A stretch of DNA of 64,000 bases from Raillietiella orientalis. Taxonomy: Eukaryota. Location of the stretch: NCBI GenBank assembly GCA_036172245.1, contig JAYWIR010000035.1:434001-498000 (forward strand), read 5' to 3'. Made by a program: the position numbers and the translations under genes. Below are positions 49,840 through 61,955 of this stretch, piece after piece. Below the pieces are notes generated by a model, which was given only the letters and a program-made list of their open reading frames with translations, did no database searches and was not told where the DNA came from. Position 1 is the first letter of the stretch. Each line of letters starts with the position of its first letter.

Positions 49840-52800
49840 CTCCTAGCGCCGACGCGCGTGATCCCGTGAGAGACAGACGTCCTTCCTTGCAAAGCGTGAC
49901 CAAGACTCCTGAGCCGGGAGTCGACGTCGGGGCGCTCCCTGATACACGGCGAGCATCCTCAGGCTGGTGGCGGATTCAACGCGAACCCGCTGCCCACGTA
50001 AGACAGGCACGGGCCGCCAGGTTGTGCCAGCGAGCCGAGCCGCGGTTACGGAGAGGCCCGGCGAGCTGACGATCCCAATCGATGGAGGCCGCCCCGAAGC
50101 TCTGGCAGCAGCAGCTGGCGGCTGCCAACCAGAACGCTTCCCGTCCAGCTGGATCCAGGGCCCCCTCTCCAGGGTAAGGGGAAATACGGCCGTGCCCCGC
50201 CGACGGCGTCGGGTCGACGGTGGGACAGAAGAGAGCGGAGGATCGCTTCTCTGGCTGGCCGGCCTCCCTGGGAGCGCCCGCGCCATCTTGCGGTTGGGAA
50301 GCGATGGAGTGCGGAGGGGACCGAAGGAGCAGGAAGGGGGGAAAGAGGTCTCCAGGGAAGAGAGGGTGCTCTCGAACGTGCGGTATTCCCGAGATGCGTT
50401 CTGGTAAAGGTCGGCTGGGTCGCGGTCCGCAATACGAAGAACCTCCGGAGCTTCTTCGGAGGAGCTGAAGAGAGAGAAGAGTCAGGAAGAGGAGGAGGAC
50501 ATGGAAGGGGGAAATAGAGAACTGGAAGCTCCTCTTCCTTTCTTCATCTGATCCATTTTTGCGCAAAATTTGGGCTAAGCGGAGCAGAGGCCGCACTGCA
50601 GTCAACGACTGCTCATCCCCGTAGGCGACGTCAGAGCCTCGTAACACCTGAGATGAGCCAGGCTTTGCTCCACCTAAGCTCCGCTGAAACTCCTGCCTCC
50701 CGATGATTGGATCTCAGCTGACCAGAGTCCACATGGACAACTTCTGCCTCGAAGTGGTCTCCGAGTTGAGGAGGGCGTGCGCAGAGCCGCAGAGTGGGAG
50801 GTTTCATGGCTTGGGGAGATGGAGGGGGAGGCTTCCTATCCCCTCTGACGACGGGATGAATGTGCGAGCATCTCTTCTTCTCGGCGTTTCCGCTCGCCAT
50901 GACGTTCGCTGGTCCCGGCCAACTCCGCGGAAGCTAATTTGTCCCGGAGATTCGAAAAAGGAATCCAGAGTTCCTCCCTCCCTTTCTGAGCCCCCATCCC
51001 GAATCGCCAACTCTGCCGTACCCACACAGAGCGACGTCCGGCGGTGCTCGCTGATCTCACGAAATTCTTCAGCGCCTTCGAGACTTCGGGATTTCCCTCG
51101 ACCAGGCCAGCGAGCTGCAGCTCCGCCGGCTGGAAGACGAGCGCTGGCCGCCATTCCTTGGCCGTCACTCGACCGCATCCGTTCCTCCGGGCTCACGCGG
51201 TTCTCGCGCTGGCCGCTGACAGCAAGCAGGTCGGTGTTTTCTCCTCCTTTTCTCCTCAGCCCCGTTCCTCCCTCTCCTATCGTGCCTCTGGTCCGGGTCT
51301 CTGCTACTGATTGGCTGTCCGCCGCAGTGCAAACGCGCGATCGGAAGATGGTTCCCAGGGATCCTTCCTCCAAAGGGCAGGCGGCGATGCCCTGCTCGCT
51401 TCAGCTCCCTTCTCCTCGCCGTGCCCTCCTGCTTCTCTTCTCCGGAGCACTTTGCTTTGGATGGGGGGGTGGCGCTTTGTGGCTTGTGGGTTCCCGTGGG
51501 AGAAATAGTGCCGCTACCTCCGCGGGGAGGCATTCTCGCACCGAAGTCCGGTTTTGCCTCTCAGGAGGTAGGGGTAGGGAAGAACTTCGTTTCGGTCCGT
51601 CACGTCCCTCCTGCCTCCGCGGCTTGGCTGACTGCTGGGATCCCTCGGGTTCGATGGGACATCGGACCCTTCTTCCCGGGAGCCATCTCGAACGAGGTGT
51701 GAAGAGCCGGAGACCGTAGGAGGGAGGGAGGGAGAAGGAGGAGTCCTCTCAAAAGTTCCACCGCGTGAATCCTGCGCCCAACGCATCAAGGAGACCTTCT
51801 GCCTCCTTGCAGGAAGCCCCCCCTTCGTTCAAAAGTCGTTTTTTCTTTTTCCTTTTAGGAGTGAAGGGTGCGGAGACCAATGGACTGGAGTTTGACTGCT
51901 CTTTCTCTGGCAGGTGCCCAAATCTGCGGGTCCCGCATCTCCCGATCCATCTGAAAGGAGGAGGTCCGACCCATTCGTTCATCAGACGCGTCTCCTCTTT
52001 CCACAGCCCTTCCTCCTGGTCAGCTGTGGAGCAGCGGTGATCGCCAGAGCAGAAGAAGGGTACGGCGGCCATTTTGCAATCCGCCTGCAATCGTGCAAGG
52101 GAATGGGAAGAAGGGGAGGGGGGTTGGAACACCCACTCTGGGATGTGGGGTGCAAGGGGACCCTTGGATGATTGTGGGTAGATTCCCTGGAAACCGGCAA
52201 ACGCATCCTTTCCCCTTCCCTGCCCGACGCAGACCCTCGGGGAATAATGTTCGCCACCAAAGGGGTAGATTCGTCCCATTCCCCATTCATTTATTTGCTC
52301 GCTGATCACCCTCCGCTCTCCCGTAATTCCGCCTTCAGATCACCGGAGTTTCGACCCGACACGCGTTGGTCCCTCTCCGAGTAAATGAACTTCATTTCAT
52401 TTATTTTAAATAAATGGACCGGGTGATCCGGGAACGCAATGGTCGGTGCAGACTACAGGAAGGGGGAGAGGCGTTCGACCCGCGAAACTTCTTGGGTAGG
52501 ATAGTCAGTGAAAGAGTCGCGAATGAAGGCCCCTGTCAGGGGCGATTGGAACCAGGACATCCCCCGTTTGGAACCCATCCGAAGAGACCTGAGCATCACG
52601 GGATCCCCTAGGCGAAGCGCGCGCTCCGTTCTTCCACGAGAGGGAGGGACCGGGAGGCGAGGGTCCCGCTGAAGCGGGGAGTTGGGCGTTCGTTGCTTTG
52701 CGGACGGGGTCGCCACGCGGGGGCTCGCAGAGCTCCGCGGTTCGAAGGGAGACGCAGTTTCCCTATCGACCGGCGCGTGCACGATGAGCGCGCACCATCT

Positions 52801-53250
52801 TCTAAGGAGGAAAGGACAGGGCGGAGGTGGGAGGAAGGGACCCATCCGTTTCCTGCCTACGGAGATTCTCAGGTCCCAAGAGGCTCCCACTGTCCACGAT
52901 GAGGCTCAGCGGCAAAGGGTCTGATCAAGTTCACGCGAACGGGAGGAACGGGATGAAAGTCTTCCTGGCCCTAGAATAATCGACTTTCCTGCAATCAAAA
53001 CTGCCCAGCTGAACCGCCTCTCGGATGTCTGGCAACCGAATCCGGATCTCGGGAAGCGTGGAAGATGGCAAATGTAGGCGGAAGTATGGCGAGGTAAATG
53101 GTATCCAGGCGAACCACGAATAGAAGTATTTCTGGGTCACAGAGTACGGGTGCCACGTCATGTAATGCCGAAGGGAAGCTCCAGATGCTGTAGACGAAAG
53201 CGGGACCCGTCGAACGAAAGCCCGGACGAGCCATTTCTTCCGCCTCTTCC
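49840..53250 (-). mobile_element. Decayed L1/Tx1-like ORF2 relic (end of APE, RT and C-terminus)
   Basis: WIPFTSPYFRLHL (~SDH, ~53100); QGIAACPL (~RQGCPL), TAADSQSV (~YADD), AVSGQRENRVS (~SG..N..KS), SWRAETPR...FIPSSEGIGSLP (~W...P..EGGLGLP); around 50120 the DNA resembles the pre-zinc-finger segment of copies A and B. Confidence 0.55.
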
Positions 53251-54239
53251 TTTTGCTTTTCTTCCCGGGAGGTGGAGAAACCCCCATTGAGACCGGCAGC
53301 CGTGGGTTCTTTCAGAACGCGCGCAACCACAGGCGCTGCAGGGTTGCCACTCTCGCTTCTTCACCTTCCCCCTCCTCTCGATCGGAGCCCTCCTCCCCCC
53401 TTGGTTCATTGATCTAAATATGTGATCCCGTTTTTGCTTCAAAAATAGCAGCAGCGTCTCCTATCAAGTGGTGACTCAGTTCTCTTCCTCCTCCCTGAGA
53501 TTGAGCTCTCTGTCAAGACGTTCACCTTCAGATGCAGCGCAAGTCGTTTCGAGGATTTCATTTCTCCTCTCGTTAGTCAGATGGCTTCACTCCAGATCTT
53601 CCCTGCAGAATCCAGAGCGTGTCCAATAGCCAATTTTCGGTGTGGTTTGCAGGAGGGGAAATCGCCCCACCGACAGCTTCTCTCCTCCCCCCCCTCATTC
53701 CTTCCTTTCCCGTTTTTATCGATGTTTCGTTGGATTCCACCCCGCGCGCGCGCCGGTCTTGCGCTCTAGGTGGCAGCGGTGTCCAGTCCCTCGCGTCTGT
53801 TGGCCGGCTACAGGACTAACCGCCGATTTCCGCGCGGTGACGTCACACAGGCTCACGATGCGTTCCGCGGGGTTCCGCCCGGCGCTTTCTCCCATAGAAA
53901 GCCGCTCCCGGTCCTCTGGGGGATTCCACGGCAGAGCATCTTCCCGTCCTCCTCTCGTCCGGTTTCACAGTGGTCCAAGAACGGGTGCGATCAGCGGTAC
54001 CTGTAGCCACGTATCGAGACAACAACAACAACAACGACAGCAACAGCTATGGAAGCAATCGAGAAACTTCTGACGTCGGGATACTCGCTGGGGAAAGTCC
54101 CCAGGGAACCCTGGGCGGAGCGAAATGAACCGGATGATGGGAATCCTTCTTTTCTGTCTTCGCAGCTCTTTGACACGGGTCCATGCCACCCAAGGGTGCG
54201 TGTAATTCTTCAAGATAGGAAGCACCCCGGTAGGGTCCA

Positions 54240-55370
54240 CCCTATGAATCCAGGAAGTGCTCGAAGTCCATTCCTCTCACGCCTAGGGAGGGATCCTCGG
54301 ATAAAGATCGCCTCCATCCTGGTTGTCTCCGAAGGGGAATCCCGAAAGGAATCTCCTTCCTTATTCTCTCCGGAGGGACCCCCGGGTGAGGCCGCTCCAT
54401 TTTTTCTTTTCCGAAGGAAACCCGGAAAGGATCTGCTATCAGGAATTGCTTCTCTGGAGGGAACCTGCAAGGGAACCCTGGACGGAACAATCTCTGATTG
54501 TACACAGAATTCTGTAGTTCCCAGCTGAAACGGAAGCCGCCTCTCGGATGCTTGGCAGTCGAATCTGCGCTCGGTGCCGAAGATCGCAAATATAAGCAGA
54601 AGTGCGGCGAGGTGAATGGCATCCAGGCGAACCACTGTGAAAGTTCTTTTCAGTTGTGTACAGAGGTCTGTACACAACTGAAAAGAGCCGCACGATCTTC
54701 GAGTAAGCACAGATTCGCGCTCAATGCAGCTCAACCGCTTGAGAAATGGAGGCAAGGGCGCTGCACCCCGAACTGCGCCCAACTCGGTAGCAGGAAGCCT
54801 GCGCACGCATCTTTTGATGCCGGGAAAGCAAACCGGGGACCGCACATCCCGCTCAACTCTTCCCTCGCGCCCTCAGCATTCAACACGTCTGCCTGCGTGG
54901 CAGAGCCTGCAGTGCGCCGCCTCCAAGATCAGCGAAAAGGGATGGGTGGGAAAAGGGCACCCGCGGAGCACAAGTCCTGGGACTAATGCTGCACCGCTTC
55001 GAAGGCGGGAGCTCATTTCCGGAAATTCTGCCCGAATGGGTTTTATGTGTGCTATCAGAGGTCGCGCCCGCTGACCGCAGAGTCCAGTTCTCCAGAAGAG
55101 CAGCTCCTGGCCTGCAGGGCTCGGATTTTCTGATCCCACGCGAGCTCTGGGACGTTTACGATCAAGGAATTCCGACGGATTCACGTTTGCTAGCTTTTCG
55201 CGGCCCTCCCTCTCTAGCCGCGGTTGCCGTAGAAACGTCTCACTCGGGGCCGGCTTTTGGCCGGCGGGACACAGGAGAACAGAGCACGCGACTCTGATCC
55301 TACAGGTGCCATTTCCTTGATGCGCATACCAAAACTGAAGTCGGGGTACGCTTGGCACGTACACGTACAC
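54240..55370 (-). mobile_element. Decayed LINE APE-endonuclease relic
   Basis: GQELLF...ARPLIAHI...LILEAAHC, SKIVRLF, WMPFTSPHFCLYL...KHPRGGFRFSWELQNSV (~SDH...RG..WKLNNS). 54520-54640 is clearly paralogous at the DNA level to 53005-53120. Confidence 0.6.
54645..54686. repeat. Perfect inverted repeat, 20-bp arms, 2-nt spacer
   Basis: TCTTTTCAGTTGTGTACAGA-GG-TCTGTACACAACTGAAAAGA. Confidence 0.95.
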
Positions 55371-58300
55371 AATACTCTACAACAAGCAAGAGCAGCATTC
55401 GCTGAGGTGGGAGAAGAAGCAGAGCCATCCCTGGGCTGCCAAGTGCAATGTCCCACGAGCAACTCCAAGAGTCCTGCTCGGTCCTGCTGTTCCGCTTCCA
55501 TTCGGCTTCGCAGAGCTCCTTTCCCGATTTCTGGTCATTTGGACTCCAGTGCAAACTTGGGACCGGAAATCCCTCAAAGGGACGGGGTCAGGTCATTCTC
55601 ACACGTCTCGTACCTTCTTGCACCGCGGGTGCACACGCCCGTCTGCTACTGAACCGAAAGAGGCACATATTCGGAAGGTGCTTACTCCCTTTCCTTGTTC
55701 GCAGAACCGGAAGTGTGTGATCCCTGTGACTAAAAATCCCCTCCCCCACTTTCCACATTTCCTAGACGACCACGCTTTTCCGCTCCGACCGTTGCAGAAG
55801 AGAGCAGCAGCAGCGGAAGAAAAGTTCTGGCTCCTGCTCGCTTCGTCTTGCCTTTCGTCATTTTTCTCCTTCTGGGATCAAGCTGTCCCGAAGGAAACAT
55901 CTCGGCGGAAGTGATTTTTCTGCTGGCGTTTCAAGGTGTGGCACATGGACCTCGACGGAAAGCTTCGTAGGCCGTGCCCGAATGAGGGAAGCTCGATGAG
56001 TGGGCTGAAAGGAATCCTGGACGCCTCGTTTCTACGAGACCGAAGCCATGGATTTGCTTCATTCTGGGTATATGTGTGTGTGTGCTTTTTCCCGTTGACA
56101 ATGGGGACGTGGATGATGAAAGACAGATGAGACACATTCCTCGGAGTTATGCGTCCATTGGGTAGGTACTATGACCTCAGGATAGGAAAGAAATTTCTCC
56201 TCTCCTGGGGGTACGTAGACAGAGAGGTCCTCGGTTCGACTGAACAAAAAGCACATCACAGCCTGGAGTCGCTCTCGGGAGACGCTCCGGGTCGACATAA
56301 GAGACCCCTGTGGCGTTCGGAGTGGTTTTCTTTCTTCTTTGGACGGCAACTCTTCCCAGGGGTCAAATACTCGCTTGCAGCACACCAGCAGCCGACAGCT
56401 GGAAGTATTGCAGCACGGCAGGCAGAAAGGCGAGGTGACAGGTCTGAGGGAAGTCTGGAAGGTTTCTGGGTTCGCTCTTCAAACCTCGTAAATCCAAAGT
56501 AACCACTCTTCCATCAGTGACTGTTTTTTCGTTTCACGAGGTCTCCATGGACACGGGCTGCAGGCTCACTGGTGACAGGAAAAACGAGCCGACGAACCTT
56601 TTGCTGCGAGCATAAACATCTGCGATTTTGTTCGTGGTATGAAACGGAAGACGAAAATTCCTTTAAAGACACCTTCGACCGACGCCGTTTTCGGTGGACG
56701 AAATGGAAAGCTGCTGGTCGAAGCGCGAGCGGGACCTTTGGAATTCCGCTGGACAAAGATGGGAGCGTTTCACCTTTCTGGCCTTGCACCGTCGCGGCGT
56801 GGGACCCAGCGCTGATAGATTGATACCTCCCTAGGGTGTAGAAAGGCGCTCTGCTCCCTTCGGGAGAGAGATCATTCAGAGAAAATAGTAGATGCCCCTG
56901 ACTACGGCTTCTGAGCAGCTTTCCTTTCCTTCGACCTTCCCGGTAGCCAACACCCGTTCGTTCGCTCGTGCCCCATCACCGTTTCCGAGCGAAGGATAAG
57001 AGCCGCAGGCGGTGACCGGTTCCCACCGCAGCTTGTAGCCTTGTTGTGAGAAGGTAATAGGAAGCCGCACAGGAAGCCGTCAGTGGTGTTGGGACAGGAA
57101 AGAGCAATCCCGCGCCTTAGAAATCATCCTATGGGGGCACTTGCAACGCCTCTGATACTTTCATCCTTCGGGAGGATTCGAGCCCGTGGTCCCGCGCATC
57201 CGTGTTGCGTGGAACGAACAGGGGAGGAACACGCGGACGAGCAGGGAACGCAACGTCCCTGTGAACCGAACCAAACAAAATGTTCCTTGAGGGACAGACG
57301 GGAGTGAACGGGGAAGCAGCCTTTCCATCTCGCTTGGACACTCGCCGGTTGCGTGGGAGGAGCTCCCGGAAGTTGCTGCGCCTGAGACGACGGCGACAAA
57401 GAGAGAAAGAGAGCAACAAGGATTCTTGTGGTCCAGGGCTTCAGAGGGAGGGAGGGAAGGCCACTTCACACTTGCGAGACCGTAGCACCGCCCGAAGGGA
57501 AGCGAGAAGGAGGACAGGATCCAATGCAGCTCTTCCCGAATCCCGGCGCGTCCCTCCTTCAATGGCGGCGAAGGTCTCGCTGCTGCTCCGCTCCCTCTCG
57601 GGGGTGGATGCGGGGAGCGCGCGCGCGCAAGGCGTCTATTTTTGAACGGGCGACTCGTGCTTCACAGGATTGAAATTTCGCTCCCGACACTTTCTCCGTG
57701 CTGCCGCGCATCTAGGTCTCTCAGCACTGCCGATGACACGGGATTTTTGGATGGCGTCATTCTACAGTTAGTCAGCGGGACGCAACTGGAAGGAAGGAAT
57801 ACTGCTCGCGGCTCAACAGCAGCGTCCTCCCCTAATGGATTTTTTTTTTTTTTTAGCGAAAGGGGGGGGGGAGGGTCGGGAGGTGCTACTTGGGAGAAGC
57901 GAACGGAGGGAGTTCTCGGCAGCTGGAGGATTCGCCTTGTATTTTCGTACTGGATGTATAAATCGTCACTTCGATAGGCGTGACTTATTGGGTATTCCGG
58001 CGCAAAGGCTGCAGCCAAGGAGCAGGCAGACTGCATGGAAACAGAGCAGCAAGGAATTATATTGATGTTGCTGGTGGTGGTGTTTTTTTTCTTTTTTTTC
58101 TCCCCCGTCTTCCACGAACCCGAAAAACGTGTGGGAGATCCGCAAATATTGGGCGCTCGCGTTGCGCAGGGAAGCCGCGCGCGGCAGCCATGGAAGAAAC
58201 GATGAATGACGATGAAGCGGGGGGTCTCTATGGACAGTGGATTGGGACCATGGTCCCGGTAGGGCGGATGTCCCGCAACATTTTCCTCCAGGGCATCTTG

Positions 58301-59049
58301 GAGTTCGTCTCGTCTCGTCTGATCTCTCCCTCTTTCTCTCGGCAGCTCAGTGGTTCGTGCGTCCTCCATCGAGAGACCAGCCGGTCCACCCTTGCCTGAC
58401 ACGAGATTCAACCCCTGTTCTTGTCATCGGGGTGATTCCCCCAGTGGGACACAGGGATTCCAGCCCGCCCCTCCAGGGGAGAACGAGAAAGTGCGGTTGG
58501 GTGGGCTTGTGTGGAAGTGAGGGCGTGCGTGTGTGCACGGGATAACGTTCTCGGCCTCGCGAACTGGATGCGATGCGAGTGACGTCACAGTGCACTACTC
58601 CGTGCAGACTGCCTATTCTTGACATGCACACACACGCGCACACACACAATCCAGTGACACTTGAGGACCACTTCTCTCAGCGCCGAAACATTGTTTGGAC
58701 CCATCCTGGCGGGAACGGGGATCGAGGGCGTGCGAGCACCACCACGAGTGCACCACGGGCGCTTCCCCCCCCCCCCCCTTCCTCTTCCGTGGAAACAGAG
58801 AGCGGCAGGTGTGTGTGCGGGATCGCTACGGATGGATGCGCGAGGAGGTGAAAGAGGAAAAAAGAAACGAAATCCGCTGCCGCTGCCGGAACTTTTCCCT
58901 GCGCACGTCAGGTGTCGCGTCCTAAGGCGAAGCATCGATAGCACGCAAGTGTTTTCCCCGTTCACAGGGATGTCATCGACGGAGAGTGGAGGAAGCGGCG
59001 GGTGCGATCGCCGGACCACCTGATGAACATTCGTCAGCCAACCCCCATT

Positions 59050-61955
59050 CAACACGACGCCTCCCGATGCCGGGGCGGAAGCGGGGATCGAGCGCTCTTC
59101 CGTGTAAACTGATTTCGTCATTGCGAGAGAAGGTGGCTCGAGCTAGCGATCGAATGATCGCTTCTATTTTTAAGGCGGGACTCGCGCCGACTGCATCAGT
59201 TTGGGAGAAGGGCGTGTGTGGGGCTTTATTTTTGCTCTGGAGCGCGCGAGCAGAAATAGCTGGAGAAATGAGTTCACGCACATTCGGCGCGCGCTCTTTG
59301 ACTGCTCCGCCGGGTGCCAGATGGAGCAGCGGTGATGGAAAGGATGAGAGAGTTTTCTCTGCGAGACGAAGAGCTCGGAGTGACCCGACGTCTGGGGGTC
59401 CATGTAGGGCAAGGAAGGGGGAGCATTTCGTCGGTTCCTCGCCCTCTTCCCCCCCTCCCGGCTCAGAACGCGCGCCCGCCGGCTACCTGATAGGCGAACA
59501 GGGTGGTTCTCGGGAGTTGCCAAGGTCGGGAGTTCCTAGCCGTCTTACTGGTTCCGAGGGCTCGGCGGTTTCGATTCCAAGGCCAAGGTGCATAGGGCTT
59601 CCTCCCCTACGACCTTCTCGACCTTTCTAAAACCGAGTCTCTCTCCGCAAGGACTCGACCTCCGCGAAGTCTCGCCCCGGGGATGCACTAGTTCTTAGGA
59701 CAACTTTGCGTTCTACCCGTCGTCCGTCCTCGCTCGACCACAAGAAAGCAAGGTTGCCACTCCCTTCCAGATCACAGACGGCTGAAAGTTGAGCATCCAG
59801 CGTTCGCTGGAATCGCAACAAACACGGGGGAGAGTGGTGCTTGGCCACAGTGCTCCCAAAGCAGTGGCCTTGAGGTTGCTGGGGTCTCAGAGACGAGTCC
59901 GCCATCATCACAAAGCCACTACTGCAACACCAGCTGTGCGTTCAAAATCGGAGATGAAGGAAGAGGGAAAGAAGGAAAGAAAAAAAGGAATGTCGAGTGT
60001 CTGAAGCATCTTCGCGATGTCACTGGCATCTGATCCGGAAATGATGCTTGGCATCTCATTGCTCGCTAGCACATCCGGTCTTTGCCGTTTCTTTCGACTT
60101 CGTGGAACACGCGACCGGAGCGACAGAGTCGAAATGTCTCATCGGAACCCTTGCTTCCGCCAAAGACGTTTCCCTCGGGGTTCAAATTTAACAACTCGGG
60201 CATTGCACTGTAGACGAGGTGGTGCATCATGGAAGCCTCCACAAACTCCACAGATCTCATTCGGTTGTCGGAGCCTTTGCCGCGTGGCTGCGGCCTCCGC
60301 GCGTCGAGCCAAGGACCGCGGGTACGAATCCGCCCGGGGTAAGGATCGAAGCCAGAGAAAAATGGGGCGCGTACGTCGTGGTTCCGAGTTCCCTCACGCT
60401 GGTTGGTCCACGAGCTCCAGGTGCGGAAGCCCCAGTGGAAGCAGCCGGATGCTCCCGTCGACTGGCCAGGAGAGGAAACTGATCTTTCGGGTCCTTCCAG
60501 GAGGAATCAAGGGACAGGTTTCCTCCGGGGCTCCCACCCCTCCGGTCGAGAGAAGTTCAATATCCAGAAGCCCTATTCTTCCCTCGGAAGCATCCCTTCG
60601 CGGTTCTCTTCGGAAGATGAGTGAATCTTTTCCGGGAGGTCCTCCGGAGAAGAAATTCCATGAGCGGATCCCTTTGGGGTATCCTCCTAAGGGTGAGAGG
60701 AAAAGGACTCTTTCCTCTGGAGCCTTCCTGGATTCCCGAGGTATTCCTCTCAACTCTTGAAGAGTTGACACGCACCCTCGAGTGGTGTGGGCAGCGCGAA
60801 AAAGCTCCGCGGGACGCCAGGCGAACTCAGCAATACTCAGTTCCCTCATACTCAGCAAAGCGGAAAAAAAAGAACCTGGGTGATCCACCGCGCCGGATGA
60901 AACCACGTAGGAGAGGACTGCTGGGAGAGGACCCTCCATCTCGTGTCCTGGAGCTGGTGGATTGATGGTGTGCAAAGAAGTGCGCTGCTCCCTTCGGGGA
61001 GAGCTTTTGGGAGAAAATTCGGGAGAATCCCTTCGGAGTTCTCTTCGGAGGAGGAGGAAACGAGGAGTAAATCCTTCGGAGAAGGGACTCTCAGCATGAG
61101 CGCGTTCGCGGATCAGATCCCCCTTGCAGCAACGATGCCCTTCCTGAGGAGTGCACTTGGCGGCGGCCAACCGATTCGCAGGAAGGAGGAAGTTGATGAG
61201 CGGATGAACCATGGGGCAGCTGGTGGATGTAGCAACCCTAAGTGTCCTTTCGCAATGACTACAGTGCTGGGGCGAGCCGCTCGGTGTTCCTAGTAAAGAC
61301 CTGGGGTGGCTCTCAGTGCTCATGTGCAGCATCGCTCCCTGGAGTGGCAGGATTCGGCACTTCTGCTGTTGCACTGGGGCCTCCCATGCAACGCCTGCTG
61401 ACACCACTGGATGCCGGGAGGGCGAGCCCAGACTGTCGCAGGTGTGTGGAACGGGAATCTCTCCCGTACCTGCTAGTGGACTGTGTCGCTTTCCGGCTCC
61501 TATGGAAAGGTTTTGGGACGACCCTGAGGGATCTGGTTGGATGGAAGCTTTACGGCTCCTCTTTGTGCGAGACGCCCTGCAGTCTTAGTAGCGCCTTGCT
61601 GCATCCGCAGGATTGCGGCAGCCTGGAGAGAAGCTGACAGAGGAAGAAGCGAGAGGGATGCCATCGAGTGTGCGCTTTCGCTTTCTGCGGCTAAAAGACC
61701 CCATCTAGGACCTATCCGGAAGGACATCCTGGAAAGGTTGGAGACTTCTTTCAGTGGACTTCCTGCCCCTCCCAAAGATTTTTTGCTTGTTTCCATTTAC
61801 TTATTCTTTTTGCTTTTTCCCATCCCTCTCTACTGTCCTGATGACCTCCGCCGGCCTGCGCACCGGCGACCTAACGGTCATTGGACAAGAGGAGTGTGGC
61901 AGGACCACGCATGCTCCACCATAGTGTGTGAGTTTCTTTTGAATTTTGATGAACG
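59050..61955 (+). mobile_element. Decayed L1/Tx1-like LINE RT, zinc finger and 3' region (copy B)
   Basis: KRGSSALPCKL...IFKAGLAPTASVWEKG (~PG.DGLP...G..P.S...G), SSLDHKKA (~LDQEKA), FVEHATGATESKC (~F..ASGA...KS), zinc finger PDCRRCVERESLPYLLVDC. 61340-61960 aligns by eye with 45875-46545. Confidence 0.75.

Noticed and set aside
54580..54660. Plus-strand EVNGIQANHCESSF resembling a Merlin/IS1595 transposase motif
   Set aside because: The minus-strand reading fits the APE end (SPH for SDH, then RGG..WELQNS) in a longer ordered context.
61838..61870. CTGATGA followed by a hairpin, resembling a hammerhead ribozyme core
   Set aside because: There is no GAAA after the stem, and the motif is not conserved in copy A (GTGGACA at the equivalent position).
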